From the NCBI GenBank assembly GCA_011364965.1, contig RDOB01000005.1, positions 128,001-192,000 on the forward strand: DNA of 64,000 nt, given 5' to 3'. Positions within the stretch are counted from its first letter, which is position 1; the number at the start of each line of letters is the position of its first letter. The position numbers and the translations under genes are program-made. This document shows positions 1 to 9,094 of the stretch, piece by piece. The notes under the pieces were generated by a model. The model did no database searches. It was not told the DNA's origin and saw only the letters and a program-made list of their open reading frames with translations. The stretch comes from Candidatus Heimdallarchaeota archaeon. Lineage in GTDB: Archaea; Asgardarchaeota; Heimdallarchaeia; Hodarchaeales; Hodarchaeaceae.

Positions 1-1
1 T

Positions 2-334
2 AAATTATTAGATATAATCCAAGGATATGATGATAGGCTCTTTGAAAATATGTTAATCTTTTCTCGACCTGAAATGAGTCAACTTTATACTCATTTGACA
101 TCCGAAAAATTTAGTGTGTTCAGCACAGAGGTCTCTGGTGCTATTAAAACGCTTCTTGATTTATCCAATCGTACCTCCTTCCCGATAGAGGCGTTTGAAA
201 TTGCTTTATCACATAATTTTTATTGTTTGATGTTCAATATTTTTCCATATACAGTAGTGATCTTCATTGACGAAGCTGATTTAGATTTGGTTCGCTGGCG
301 GATCCAGGAAATAAAACGTGCCCTTTCAGATTAG
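2..334 (+). CDS. Hypothetical protein, 5'-partial; C-terminus possibly roadblock/longin-like
   Basis: The frame is open from base 2 through the ATG at 50 to the TAG at 332-334. The alpha/beta pattern is only weakly suggestive. Confidence 0.5.
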   Translation, partial: KLLDIIQGYDDRLFENMLIFSRPEMSQLYTHLTSEKFSVFSTEVSGAIKTLLDLSNRTSFPIEAFEIALSHNFYCLMFNIFPYTVVIFIDEADLDLVRWRIQEIKRALSD

Positions 335-372
335 GATGCTTGGTTAAGTAAAGGATTTCTTGAAGATTCCAT

Positions 373-1101
373 TTGGTGATTTATATTTTTAAAACGAGAA
401 CTCTTTATCTTGAGGATGCATATAATAAGGAAGAAAAAACTCAGATTTTATCTATAAATGAAGAACTTTCAGGAATTGAATTGAATGAATCTATAATTCA
501 TCCAGGTGGAGGTGGACAGCCAATGGATATTGCTTACATTAATAAGACGCCAATTTTATCCACTATTGAAAGTGGGTCTCATTTATATTATCAAATTCCT
601 CCTGATGAGTTGGAAAGTTTTTCTATCAATCAAAATGTGAAAATAAAATTGGATTGGGAATTTCGATATGCTGTAATGAAATTACACAGCGTACAACACA
701 TCTTAGCTGCTGTTATTTTAAAGAAATACGGATTTAAAATTGCTGGTAATAGTATTCATCCGCAAAAAAGTCATTTGGACTTTGAAACTGAAAAAAATTT
801 TAATCAAGAAGAAATATTGGAAATTGAGAGGGAAGTTAATCGAATTATTATGGATGATATTAAAATTACTTCCGAAAATCTCCCATTAATCAAAATTAAG
901 AAAATTATTGCTGTAAATCGTGTTCGATTGGATTTCTTACCTGATTTGAATTCTTATAGAGTAATCAAGATTGGTTCATTTGATATGGTTCCATGTGGAG
1001 GAACACATATAAAATCAACGGGTGAAATTAAAGCATTTTTTATAATAAAATATAAATCAAGAGGAAGAAGACGAAAACGATTCTATTATAATATTGAGTA
1101 G
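373..1101 (+). CDS. alaX: AlaX-type alanyl-tRNA editing protein
   Basis: TLYLEDAY N-terminus, HPGGGGQPMD, HxxxH (HSVQH) and CGGTH zinc motifs. Confidence 0.9.
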   Translation: MVIYIFKTRTLYLEDAYNKEEKTQILSINEELSGIELNESIIHPGGGGQPMDIAYINKTPILSTIESGSHLYYQIPPDELESFSINQNVKIKLDWEFRYAVMKLHSVQHILAAVILKKYGFKIAGNSIHPQKSHLDFETEKNFNQEEILEIEREVNRIIMDDIKITSENLPLIKIKKIIAVNRVRLDFLPDLNSYRVIKIGSFDMVPCGGTHIKSTGEIKAFFIIKYKSRGRRRKRFYYNIE

Positions 1102-1213
1102 TTATAAAACTCCTACTTGCTAAGCTAGAGAACAAGGATTACAGATATCACAACATTAATAGGATTAATTATAGCTAGATAATGGCATCAATTATGAAGG
1201 ATATCAAAATCCC

Positions 1214-1909
1214 TTGGTGTTCTCAAAAAGAAAATTATTTGGAATAATTGCCCTAATCCTCATCATGAAACTCGAGTTTATTGATCTTACAGTCATAAAT
1301 GCTGAAAGTGAAGACTGGGGTGTAAATCTTTTTGATTCCGAATCTTTCATAATAACTAAGGCTTATGATGCTCAACGTTTTGATAATAGCCATGTGAATA
1401 TTCGATTTCAAATGATAAATGGATTATTTATCGATATTCTTGTATCTGAAGATTCAACTTTCACTCTTATGATTGCAGATTTTATTGATAATCAAATTCA
1501 TTCTCTACTTGAATTTGAAAATCTAAAAATTATGGTGGTGAATGGATTTGTACATCAAACAATTCAGAATCAAACGTACTGGAAAACGTTCTATGAAGAG
1601 GATGACCATGTACTTGTGACTAGGGATCTAATTCTTATTAAAATTGAACAGGAATACGGCTTTTACACCCATTTGTATATAGAAGAATGGAACTGGAAAA
1701 CTGGGTGGTTAGAGCGATACTATACAAAATCTATGTACAATCAGACTTTGATGTATGAATTGGAAATAAATAAAATCAATGAAGAACCATTGATTTCGAC
1801 AAATATGATTTATGGGTGGTTAATTCTCATTGTAATTATGTTACCTTTATTCTTTTCTCATCGAAATACTATTAAAAGAAAAATAAAACCTAAAAGAATT
1901 AGTACATAA
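1214..1909 (+). CDS. Secreted, C-terminally anchored hypothetical protein
   Basis: N-terminal signal-like segment, C-terminal TM helix and basic tail. Confidence 0.65.
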   Translation: MVFSKRKLFGIIALILIMKLEFIDLTVINAESEDWGVNLFDSESFIITKAYDAQRFDNSHVNIRFQMINGLFIDILVSEDSTFTLMIADFIDNQIHSLLEFENLKIMVVNGFVHQTIQNQTYWKTFYEEDDHVLVTRDLILIKIEQEYGFYTHLYIEEWNWKTGWLERYYTKSMYNQTLMYELEINKINEEPLISTNMIYGWLILIVIMLPLFFSHRNTIKRKIKPKRIST

Positions 1910-1961
1910 ATTTAAACTATCTTAAAAAGAGGGAAATTCCTTTATTTTGATATTAAAGCTA

Positions 1962-2174
1962 TCATTCTATGTAAGTTTTCTTTTGTTTTTCTTGTGTCAT
2001 TTCTTTTTCTATAGAAAATAATTCTACAGAAATTAATGCAGAAAAATCTCCCATAGTCAATTTTCTACGGTTTGGTTTGGACGCTTCGTTTGTCATTGCA
2101 CCACAACACCGCTTTTGGATTATTATTTGTCTTTTAAATACCTGATTAATACGCAAGTAACATCTAATTCTCAA
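1962..2174 (-). CDS. Small hypothetical protein (more likely start at the internal MTNEASK)
   Basis: Short ORF; GGTG element just upstream of the internal ATG; no motif. Confidence 0.3.
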   Translation of the reverse strand: MRIRCYLRINQVFKRQIIIQKRCCGAMTNEASKPNRRKLTMGDFSALISVELFSIEKEMTQEKQKKTYIE

Positions 2175-2249
2175 TTTATATAGAACCCTGCATATACAGA
2201 AATGAGTCGGGTTAATTGTCTTCCCCCTATTTGCATAAAGCCTACTAAT

Positions 2250-2270
2250 CTGAGGTAATTATTATCTCAG
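2250..2270. promoter_or_regulatory. Near-perfect palindrome CTGAGGTAAT-T-ATTATCTCAG, possible operator
   Basis: 10-bp arms with one mismatch and a 1-nt spacer, in the intergenic region upstream of 2393. Confidence 0.35.
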
Positions 2271-2392
2271 AATGCAAAAACAAGCTCCTCCGTGAATAGT
2301 TAGAATCCATTCTCTTTTTTCCTAAGATCTTTGTAATGAAAGACTTAGAAATCAATTAGTTTAAGAAGTCATATTAATAAGGACGCACTATT

Positions 2393-3205
2393 ATGGCCCC
2401 CCCTTCTTGGATAATTCTCTACTTATTTACTCTAACTTTAACTAAGTTAACAGGCTTTATACTTTTTTTCAATTACTTTCTTCGCTTAAATCAGTCCCGT
2501 TTTCTTTTAGTTTCATTGGGATGGTTAATAAGTATACTGGGAGCAGGTTTATTTCTGATTTCAATGTATAGTACGATTCCTGAAATTATTTCATTAACGT
2601 ACGTTATTTCTTCAATTTCTATGTCCTGGGGCATACTAGCCATCGGTGTTGGAATTATGAGTTACTTCCAACCTGTAAAAAAGGAGATCTTCGCCATTGG
2701 AACCGCAGTTTTCATTTTATTGCCTATAATTGTCTTTTTCACCTCAGAGAAAGGATTTGCTGGTATGCTTACAACAATAGAACAGCTTATTGTCTATCTG
2801 TTTATGATATTTGAGGGAATTAAACATCGAAATAGAGTTTTAGAATTTTCTCGTGGGAGTTACGCTCTTTATATGACTGGTGTGACTTTATCGTTTCTTT
2901 CAACTATTTCAATAATGATCGCAGGGTCATCGTTTTCTGAATTGATTGTCATTATCTATTTTGGACTTGATATTTGGCTTTCTGTGGTATTAATCCTCTT
3001 TTTGATTCATCTGGAACATAATATCTCTTTGAGAGAAAAATTCCTCTTGAAAGATGCATTTAGTCATGAAATGGCCCAGCTTCTGCAACTTGCAGTTGCT
3101 CATCTCGACCTGGGACTACTTTCTAATGAAAAAACTGAATATGAGCAAGTAAATACTACACTTCAAAAAGCTAGTGACTTGTTAATTCGCATCCGTAAGC
3201 TCTGA
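2393..3205 (+). CDS. Multi-pass (about 7TM) membrane protein with a C-terminal HisKA-like helix pair and no ATPase domain
   Basis: Seven hydrophobic segments, then FSHEMAQLLQ (H-box-like); the protein ends shortly after. Confidence 0.65.
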   Translation: MAPPSWIILYLFTLTLTKLTGFILFFNYFLRLNQSRFLLVSLGWLISILGAGLFLISMYSTIPEIISLTYVISSISMSWGILAIGVGIMSYFQPVKKEIFAIGTAVFILLPIIVFFTSEKGFAGMLTTIEQLIVYLFMIFEGIKHRNRVLEFSRGSYALYMTGVTLSFLSTISIMIAGSSFSELIVIIYFGLDIWLSVVLILFLIHLEHNISLREKFLLKDAFSHEMAQLLQLAVAHLDLGLLSNEKTEYEQVNTTLQKASDLLIRIRKL

Positions 3206-3368
3206 TAGGCTATCAAGCTGTTTTTAAAATCAATAATCCAATTATATACAAATCATTTACTTGAACTTTATTTTAGAACGGTGAATTCTCCACATAAACT
3301 AATTGATGAGTACTTGTACAGCTAATTAAAAATAATTATCAACCAGATAGGAATATGAGGGAACTTCT

Positions 3369-4862
3369 CTGAACAAAAGAATTATAATAATTGGAGCAGG
3401 GTTGGGTGGACTCAGTACAGGTTGCTATGCTCAGTTAAATGGATATCATACAGAAATTTTTGAAAAACATACACATTCTGGAGGCCTTGCTGCAACCTGG
3501 AAGCGAAAAGATTATAGAATAGATGGCGGAATTCATTTTCTCACTGGACACAAACCTGGAATTGCCTTTTATAAAATTTTGAGGGAAATAGGAATTAATC
3601 CAGAAACCTTAGTAGATTCTTCCACCTATGGACGTTTCCTTGATGAAAATAGTGGAGTAATAATTGATATCACAAATAATGCTAATAAGTTATACCAAAC
3701 TTTGTTGAATTATTTTCCTGACGATTCGCTTTTTATTGAGGATTTAATAAAGAACGCAAAGAAACTTTCCAAATATGACTTGAGTGTATTTGGCTTAGAA
3801 AAACCAGTAGAGCTAAAATCCAAAATTGACGATCTTAAAGAATTTTGGGCTCTTAAAGGAATTTTAAAATACTTTACAGGGAAATATAATCGATCAGTGG
3901 ATTCTATTGCAAAACAATTGAATCATGAAATTTTTGGAGAGTTTCTGAAAAAGATATTCTTACCCCAAGTTCCTTATTGGTTTGTACTAATGATTCTTTC
4001 ATTAGTTTTCAGTAATCAGTTATGTTTACTGCGTGATGGTTCCAATGAGTTTGCAAAGTCAATTGAAAGAAGATATCTTGCGTTGGGGGGAAAAATCCAT
4101 TTTTCATCAGGTGTTAAGAAAATTATTGTTGAAAAAGGAAGCGCGATTGGGGTTCAGTTAGAAAATGGAATTATAGAATACGCTGATTATATTATATCAA
4201 GCACAGATGGATTTCATACCTTATTTCACCTATTAGGGAAAGAATTTGTTGATGAGGCAACTCTTGATCGATACAACCAAGCTGATATATTAAATCCTTG
4301 CTTAATTATTAGCTTTGGTGTTGATCAAGCGTTCCCAGAAGAACCATGGTTAACAGTTGTCGTTCTTAATGAGCCAATAACTGTAGGAAATCAAGAAATA
4401 CACGAAATCGTTATCCGAATATTCAACTATAGTTCATACTTCGCTCCTCCTGAAAAAACTGTAGTTCAGGTATTAATCGAAACGGAGTGGGATTTTTGGA
4501 ATGAATTATCCAAAGATCAGTCCCTGTATACCTCATATAAACAGGAAATCGCGAAATTAATTCTGATAAAATTGGAAGTATATTTCCCTGGTTTGTCACG
4601 GAATGTTCAAGTGACTGATGTAGCTACTCCATATACTTTCTGGCATTTTACACAATCAACAAAGGGTTCAATAATGGGATGGGCGCCTAATGTTAAAAAT
4701 ATGTTAACACAACCGAAGAAATCATTGCCTACACTGACTAATTTTTACTTAGCAGGACAATGGTCTATGTCTGTAGGAGGGGTTTCTCCCTCTATTCTTT
4801 CTGGTAGACACGTTGTTCAGCTATTATGCACAAACGATTCACGGAAATTTAGAACTAGATAG
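3369..4862 (+). CDS. Phytoene desaturase-like FAD/NAD(P)-dependent oxidoreductase
   Basis: In-frame extension of ORF 3402 gives KRIIIIGAGLGGLSTG (Rossmann); D-G-G-I-H; DVATP; NFYLAGQW...GGV. Confidence 0.85.
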   Translation: MNKRIIIIGAGLGGLSTGCYAQLNGYHTEIFEKHTHSGGLAATWKRKDYRIDGGIHFLTGHKPGIAFYKILREIGINPETLVDSSTYGRFLDENSGVIIDITNNANKLYQTLLNYFPDDSLFIEDLIKNAKKLSKYDLSVFGLEKPVELKSKIDDLKEFWALKGILKYFTGKYNRSVDSIAKQLNHEIFGEFLKKIFLPQVPYWFVLMILSLVFSNQLCLLRDGSNEFAKSIERRYLALGGKIHFSSGVKKIIVEKGSAIGVQLENGIIEYADYIISSTDGFHTLFHLLGKEFVDEATLDRYNQADILNPCLIISFGVDQAFPEEPWLTVVVLNEPITVGNQEIHEIVIRIFNYSSYFAPPEKTVVQVLIETEWDFWNELSKDQSLYTSYKQEIAKLILIKLEVYFPGLSRNVQVTDVATPYTFWHFTQSTKGSIMGWAPNVKNMLTQPKKSLPTLTNFYLAGQWSMSVGGVSPSILSGRHVVQLLCTNDSRKFRTR

Positions 4863-5038
4863 AAGCCCAAATTCAATTACAATGGCTTTCAACATTAAAT
4901 ATTGTATTCTCTGTGAAACTTTGGTTTATTTTATCCATTTTCATTAGTCCAAATAATACCTCATTCAACCTAGGTACATCACTTAGGAATTAGGCTCCAG
5001 ATTTACTGAAACAGGAAAAAAGAATATAAATTAGCCCG

Positions 5039-5455
5039 TTAGGAGCTAACTTTCAAATTAATTAATTTCTCTTCTAAAATTCCATCAAACCATACATTTA
5101 ATGTTTTATCAAACCCTCTACAGACACTTGGGTCGATTATTCCCTCTTTTAAGTGTTTGCTATATTGCTTGAGGAAGGATACTCTGATTCTTTGCATCAA
5201 ATGTGTAAATTTTCTTTTACTTACCCTTAAATCCGAAATAACCAACGCAATCATTATAGAATCTTTCATATCATAAATAATCTTAACGTTCTCCATTTTA
5301 ATTTCTTGAACCTCTTGTAAGAGCATACTTCGAGCAAAATCTGATATTGCTACGAGAAATCCACTTAGCAAGTCTACATCTTCCTTTTTTTGTTGACAAG
5401 ATTTCGCAACCAAACATATTCCAGATTCGTGGATAATGTAGATTTCTCGAATCAA
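5039..5455 (-). CDS. Stand-alone longin/roadblock-like domain protein (Asgard eukaryotic-signature type)
   Basis: MIREIYIIHESGICL...DVDLLSGFLVAISDFA...QEIKMEN pattern typical of longin-like folds. Confidence 0.7.
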   Translation of the reverse strand: MIREIYIIHESGICLVAKSCQQKKEDVDLLSGFLVAISDFARSMLLQEVQEIKMENVKIIYDMKDSIMIALVISDLRVSKRKFTHLMQRIRVSFLKQYSKHLKEGIIDPSVCRGFDKTLNVWFDGILEEKLINLKVSS

Positions 5456-5927
5456 CGTATTATACCTCCATTTGTTTTGCTAACTCTTTTCTTTCTAAGA
5501 GATTGGGAACTCTAGTTATTTAATCTTTGATTATGAACTTTTAACTTACCTCATCAGTATTTGAACTAAAATCCAATTCAAGCTATATACTTTATGGAAA
5601 TATTCCTGAATTTATAAAGTAATATCAAATTAAAATTCTCAATTCCAAGTATTTTTTTTGATTAGATAAATCATTAGTATATTAGTAGTGGATTCATCAA
5701 ATATTAAGAACCAAAAAAGTCTTCTTTTCTGAGAATTTCTTGTTGCTTCTTTTCAATACTTGGATTGCTATATATCATTTGAAGGATCAAGAATGACGAA
5801 AATTAGATTAGATGTAAATTCACTGAAGTTTAAAATCAAAGAATAGATCGTTTATATAAAGGAAATAATTACGAGACATCTCCATCTATTAGTAAAAATA
5901 ATCAAAAATCACGCATAAATTCTCGTA

Positions 5928-6731
5928 ATGGGGTCGATAAAGAAAATGGACGATACGATCGAGCTTTATAACATCTTGGGTAAATTGGATTCCCCAATTC
6001 AACATATTGGGGGGATTTCCGCGACAGCTGAACTTTTAGAGATGCTCTCTCTGAAAAAAAATGAATATATTTTGGATGTTGGTTGTGGGGGAGGATATAC
6101 AGCTTGTTTAATCGCTGAAAAGTATGAATGCCGTGTCGAAGGTATTGATGCATCCCCAGTTATGATTGAAAATGCAAGGAGACGAGCAGAAAAACGAAAG
6201 CTTGAAGATTTAGTCACATTTCAACTAGCTGATGTTTATCAACTCCCATTTAAAGATAATAAATTTGATTGTGCTTTTTTTGAGTCCTTTCTTAATGTTT
6301 TACCAGGAGATAGAGAGGCAGCTTTAGCGGAAATTGCACGAGTTGTTCAATTTGGTGGAAGGATAGGGGGAAATGAGCTAGTAACAACACCCGACATCCC
6401 AGAAGAGATACAAGAAGAAGTTAATCATCTAACTCCTTATCTTGGGAATTTTATGAATCCCGAAGAGCTAAAAGCGCTTTTTCAAAGAGCGGGATTGAGT
6501 TCCATTATCTTTCATCAGTACCCAGCCTCAAAGATTTCATCGAATATGCTAATGGGTGACTCTCGAAAGCTTATGGGAATCTCTGGGTTGGCTTCCTATC
6601 TCGTTAGAATGGTAGTTGCTTATTTTAGACATATTAAACTACGCTCATATTCTAAGTACTCAAGAATTGTCTTAAAAGATAAGAAAACTCGTAAATACTT
6701 TGGTTATGCATTCATTGTTGGACAAAAATAA
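5928..6731 (+). CDS. Class I SAM-dependent methyltransferase
   Basis: ILDVGCGGG motif I, GIDAS, ADVYQLPFKDNKFD. Confidence 0.9.
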   Translation: MGSIKKMDDTIELYNILGKLDSPIQHIGGISATAELLEMLSLKKNEYILDVGCGGGYTACLIAEKYECRVEGIDASPVMIENARRRAEKRKLEDLVTFQLADVYQLPFKDNKFDCAFFESFLNVLPGDREAALAEIARVVQFGGRIGGNELVTTPDIPEEIQEEVNHLTPYLGNFMNPEELKALFQRAGLSSIIFHQYPASKISSNMLMGDSRKLMGISGLASYLVRMVVAYFRHIKLRSYSKYSRIVLKDKKTRKYFGYAFIVGQK

Positions 6732-6777
6732 CCACTTATCTAATATTTGACCGCTTAAAACTATTTTATGAAGTAGA

Positions 6778-7050
6778 ATGCTTGGTAATAAACTAAATAT
6801 ACTTTTTATTATAACTCATGATACAGGGGATTTTCTTGGATGCTATGAACTTGATGAGGTCAATTCACCGAACTTTGATGAACTATCGCATCAAGGAATT
6901 CAATTTATGAATTATTTTGCTGTAGCACCCTAGTACTCCCCATTAAGAGTTAGTATATTAGCTGGAAAAATGCCTCATTCTCACGGATTGATGGGTTTGG
7001 TTAATAGAGGTTGGAATTTACCAAAAAAAAATGTAACTTTACCCTCCTAA
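6778..7050 (+). pseudogene. Sulfatase N-terminal remnant
   Basis: Manual translation: MLGNKLNILFIITHDTGDFLGCY...SPNFDELSHQGIQFMNYFAVAP*YSPLRVSILAGKMPHSHGLMGL. In-frame TAG at 6931, CxPxR degraded to YSPLR, truncated at about 90 codons. Confidence 0.8.
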
Positions 7051-7134
7051 TAGTATAGATTTACCGTAAGATATCTATTTTTCTATTTACCTCCTCTCTG
7101 TTCGAAGGATTCCTGATAAAAATAAAAAAGGGGG

Positions 7135-8931
7135 TTAAAGAAGACTATACGCCCCAGAGATTGCAAGGATCCAGGTTATGATAAGAGAAATAACAATTGA
7201 TCCTAAATATATCTTCCCGGTTTTTTGGTAGAAATAGGTCAATAAAAAGAACATAAACGTGAACTGGGGAATAGCTTGCATCAAAAATATCTGAAACAGA
7301 GCTGCGAGAGGTATGAAATGAAAAGTTGGAGCAGTACCCAGGAAGAATAGTGGAAGATAATGAAGAGCGAAGAACAAGATTAATCCGCACATCATGGCGT
7401 ACACTGATTTTACAAACCATACTAAATGTGTTCTAGTGAATGTAGAATGCTCTTTAGATCGAATTTGTCCAAATAGAAAAACTCCACCGTTAAATAAGAA
7501 GAATATTAGAGTTGGTACTAAATAAATAAAGAATTGTGTCAATCGATATCCTTGAATTTGTCGCAATACAGGCCACATGAATCGGAATTCTACTAGGGTT
7601 AGTTTCTCAAATACTGCTACAAATCCATACAAATACACAACTATGATAATTGCAAGTACAATAGTCTTTTTCAAAATCTCTCTGTTGAATGTTTTTTTGT
7701 TTTCATCAAAAGATACTCCCATATCATACCAGGTTACTCCTTTAGTCTTTGCCCCTCTGAACCAGAAGTAAAACGCTACTGCTGCAATTAGGAAGTTAAC
7801 CAAGAACCACCAGAAAAATGCACTTGCTGTAATTAAATTCGTGATAGGGGTATCAATTAATAATCCAATTGTAGGTATAATCAGGAACGTTACACCTCCA
7901 ATCAATCCATTAATTGTTGCATAAATCCACCATGTTCGCTCCTCAATTGTATAACGAGTAGGAAGTGGTTGAATAATATCTTTAAAGGTTTCTGTCTCTA
8001 AAAGAATACTAGTTAGTGGAATAATGGATAATAGAACTGTTATTGTGGCAATGAGTGTTGCAGCTTCTTTAAATTGAGAGATTTGATTATAGGGGTCTAT
8101 CCAGTGACTATCAGTCACCCCTCCTTTCAGCGATTTTCTCATCCAATCAATGGTTTCTGCAATTCCTATCATGTTCCAAGTTCCTCCAGGGTGTGTAGAA
8201 GGAATATATGCGTATCTTTGAGCTGATCCGTCGTTAAAGTTCCCATAATCATGATTTATTTGAGCAGTTTCATTTGTATTGTATGTTATCATTTCCATGC
8301 CCATTTCATACCAATCTGGTCTGGTATAACTATTTAGATCCTCAAATTGACACCATAATTGAAGATAATTATTTATACCTGAATCAGTTATGTTTGCAGG
8401 ACCACCACTCTGAATTACTACTGCATCATGATCTGGATTAATAGCAGCAATCTTTCGAGCATTACTTCCCCCCATACTATGTCCCACAATACCTAGTTTA
8501 TCACCATTAACAAATGCTAGATTTTTGAGGAAATGATAAGATGCATTCGCTCCCATATTCGTATCAGTATAGATATCCAACGCTAGCCATGGACTAGAGT
8601 CACCTTGTCCAATTTCAGAAATAGCTAGTGCTACAAATCCTCTTCGGGCCAATTCAATTGCAGTTGGAGCCTCTGTATCTTTATCATTATTGAACCCATG
8701 CATTAGCAGAATACCTGGTAAGGGGTTGGCTGCTGTGGCATAAGTAGGCCTATAGAGTTTACCTTCAACAATATCACCTGTCTCATCTGCAAATCGGACA
8801 AGCTCGATGTCAATTTCACCGAAGTTGGATTGTAGAAGGGATCCAACTGTTATTGTGCTGATAGAAATACAAATTAGTGTTATAAACCATATTCTATTGT
8901 TCCAAATATTTCGTGAAGCCAATTGAGTCAC
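7135..8931 (-). CDS. Membrane-bound alpha/beta hydrolase
   Basis: HGFNN oxyanion region, GHSMGG nucleophile elbow, multi-TM C-terminal half. Confidence 0.85.
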   Translation of the reverse strand: MTQLASRNIWNNRIWFITLICISISTITVGSLLQSNFGEIDIELVRFADETGDIVEGKLYRPTYATAANPLPGILLMHGFNNDKDTEAPTAIELARRGFVALAISEIGQGDSSPWLALDIYTDTNMGANASYHFLKNLAFVNGDKLGIVGHSMGGSNARKIAAINPDHDAVVIQSGGPANITDSGINNYLQLWCQFEDLNSYTRPDWYEMGMEMITYNTNETAQINHDYGNFNDGSAQRYAYIPSTHPGGTWNMIGIAETIDWMRKSLKGGVTDSHWIDPYNQISQFKEAATLIATITVLLSIIPLTSILLETETFKDIIQPLPTRYTIEERTWWIYATINGLIGGVTFLIIPTIGLLIDTPITNLITASAFFWWFLVNFLIAAVAFYFWFRGAKTKGVTWYDMGVSFDENKKTFNREILKKTIVLAIIIVVYLYGFVAVFEKLTLVEFRFMWPVLRQIQGYRLTQFFIYLVPTLIFFLFNGGVFLFGQIRSKEHSTFTRTHLVWFVKSVYAMMCGLILFFALHYLPLFFLGTAPTFHFIPLAALFQIFLMQAIPQFTFMFFLLTYFYQKTGKIYLGSIVISLIITWILAISGAYSLL

Positions 8932-9094
8932 CTCGAACGTTTAAATTAAAAGAAAAAGCAAAATTATTAGTGAATTATAACTATAAAAAGATATTGAGGT
9001 TTTTAAATAACTCAATACCGAAATATGTGTCTTTTTCATTTTTACAGGAAAAAAAGAAAATCTCCTTTTTTTATAGCATAACTGAAATTTTACA

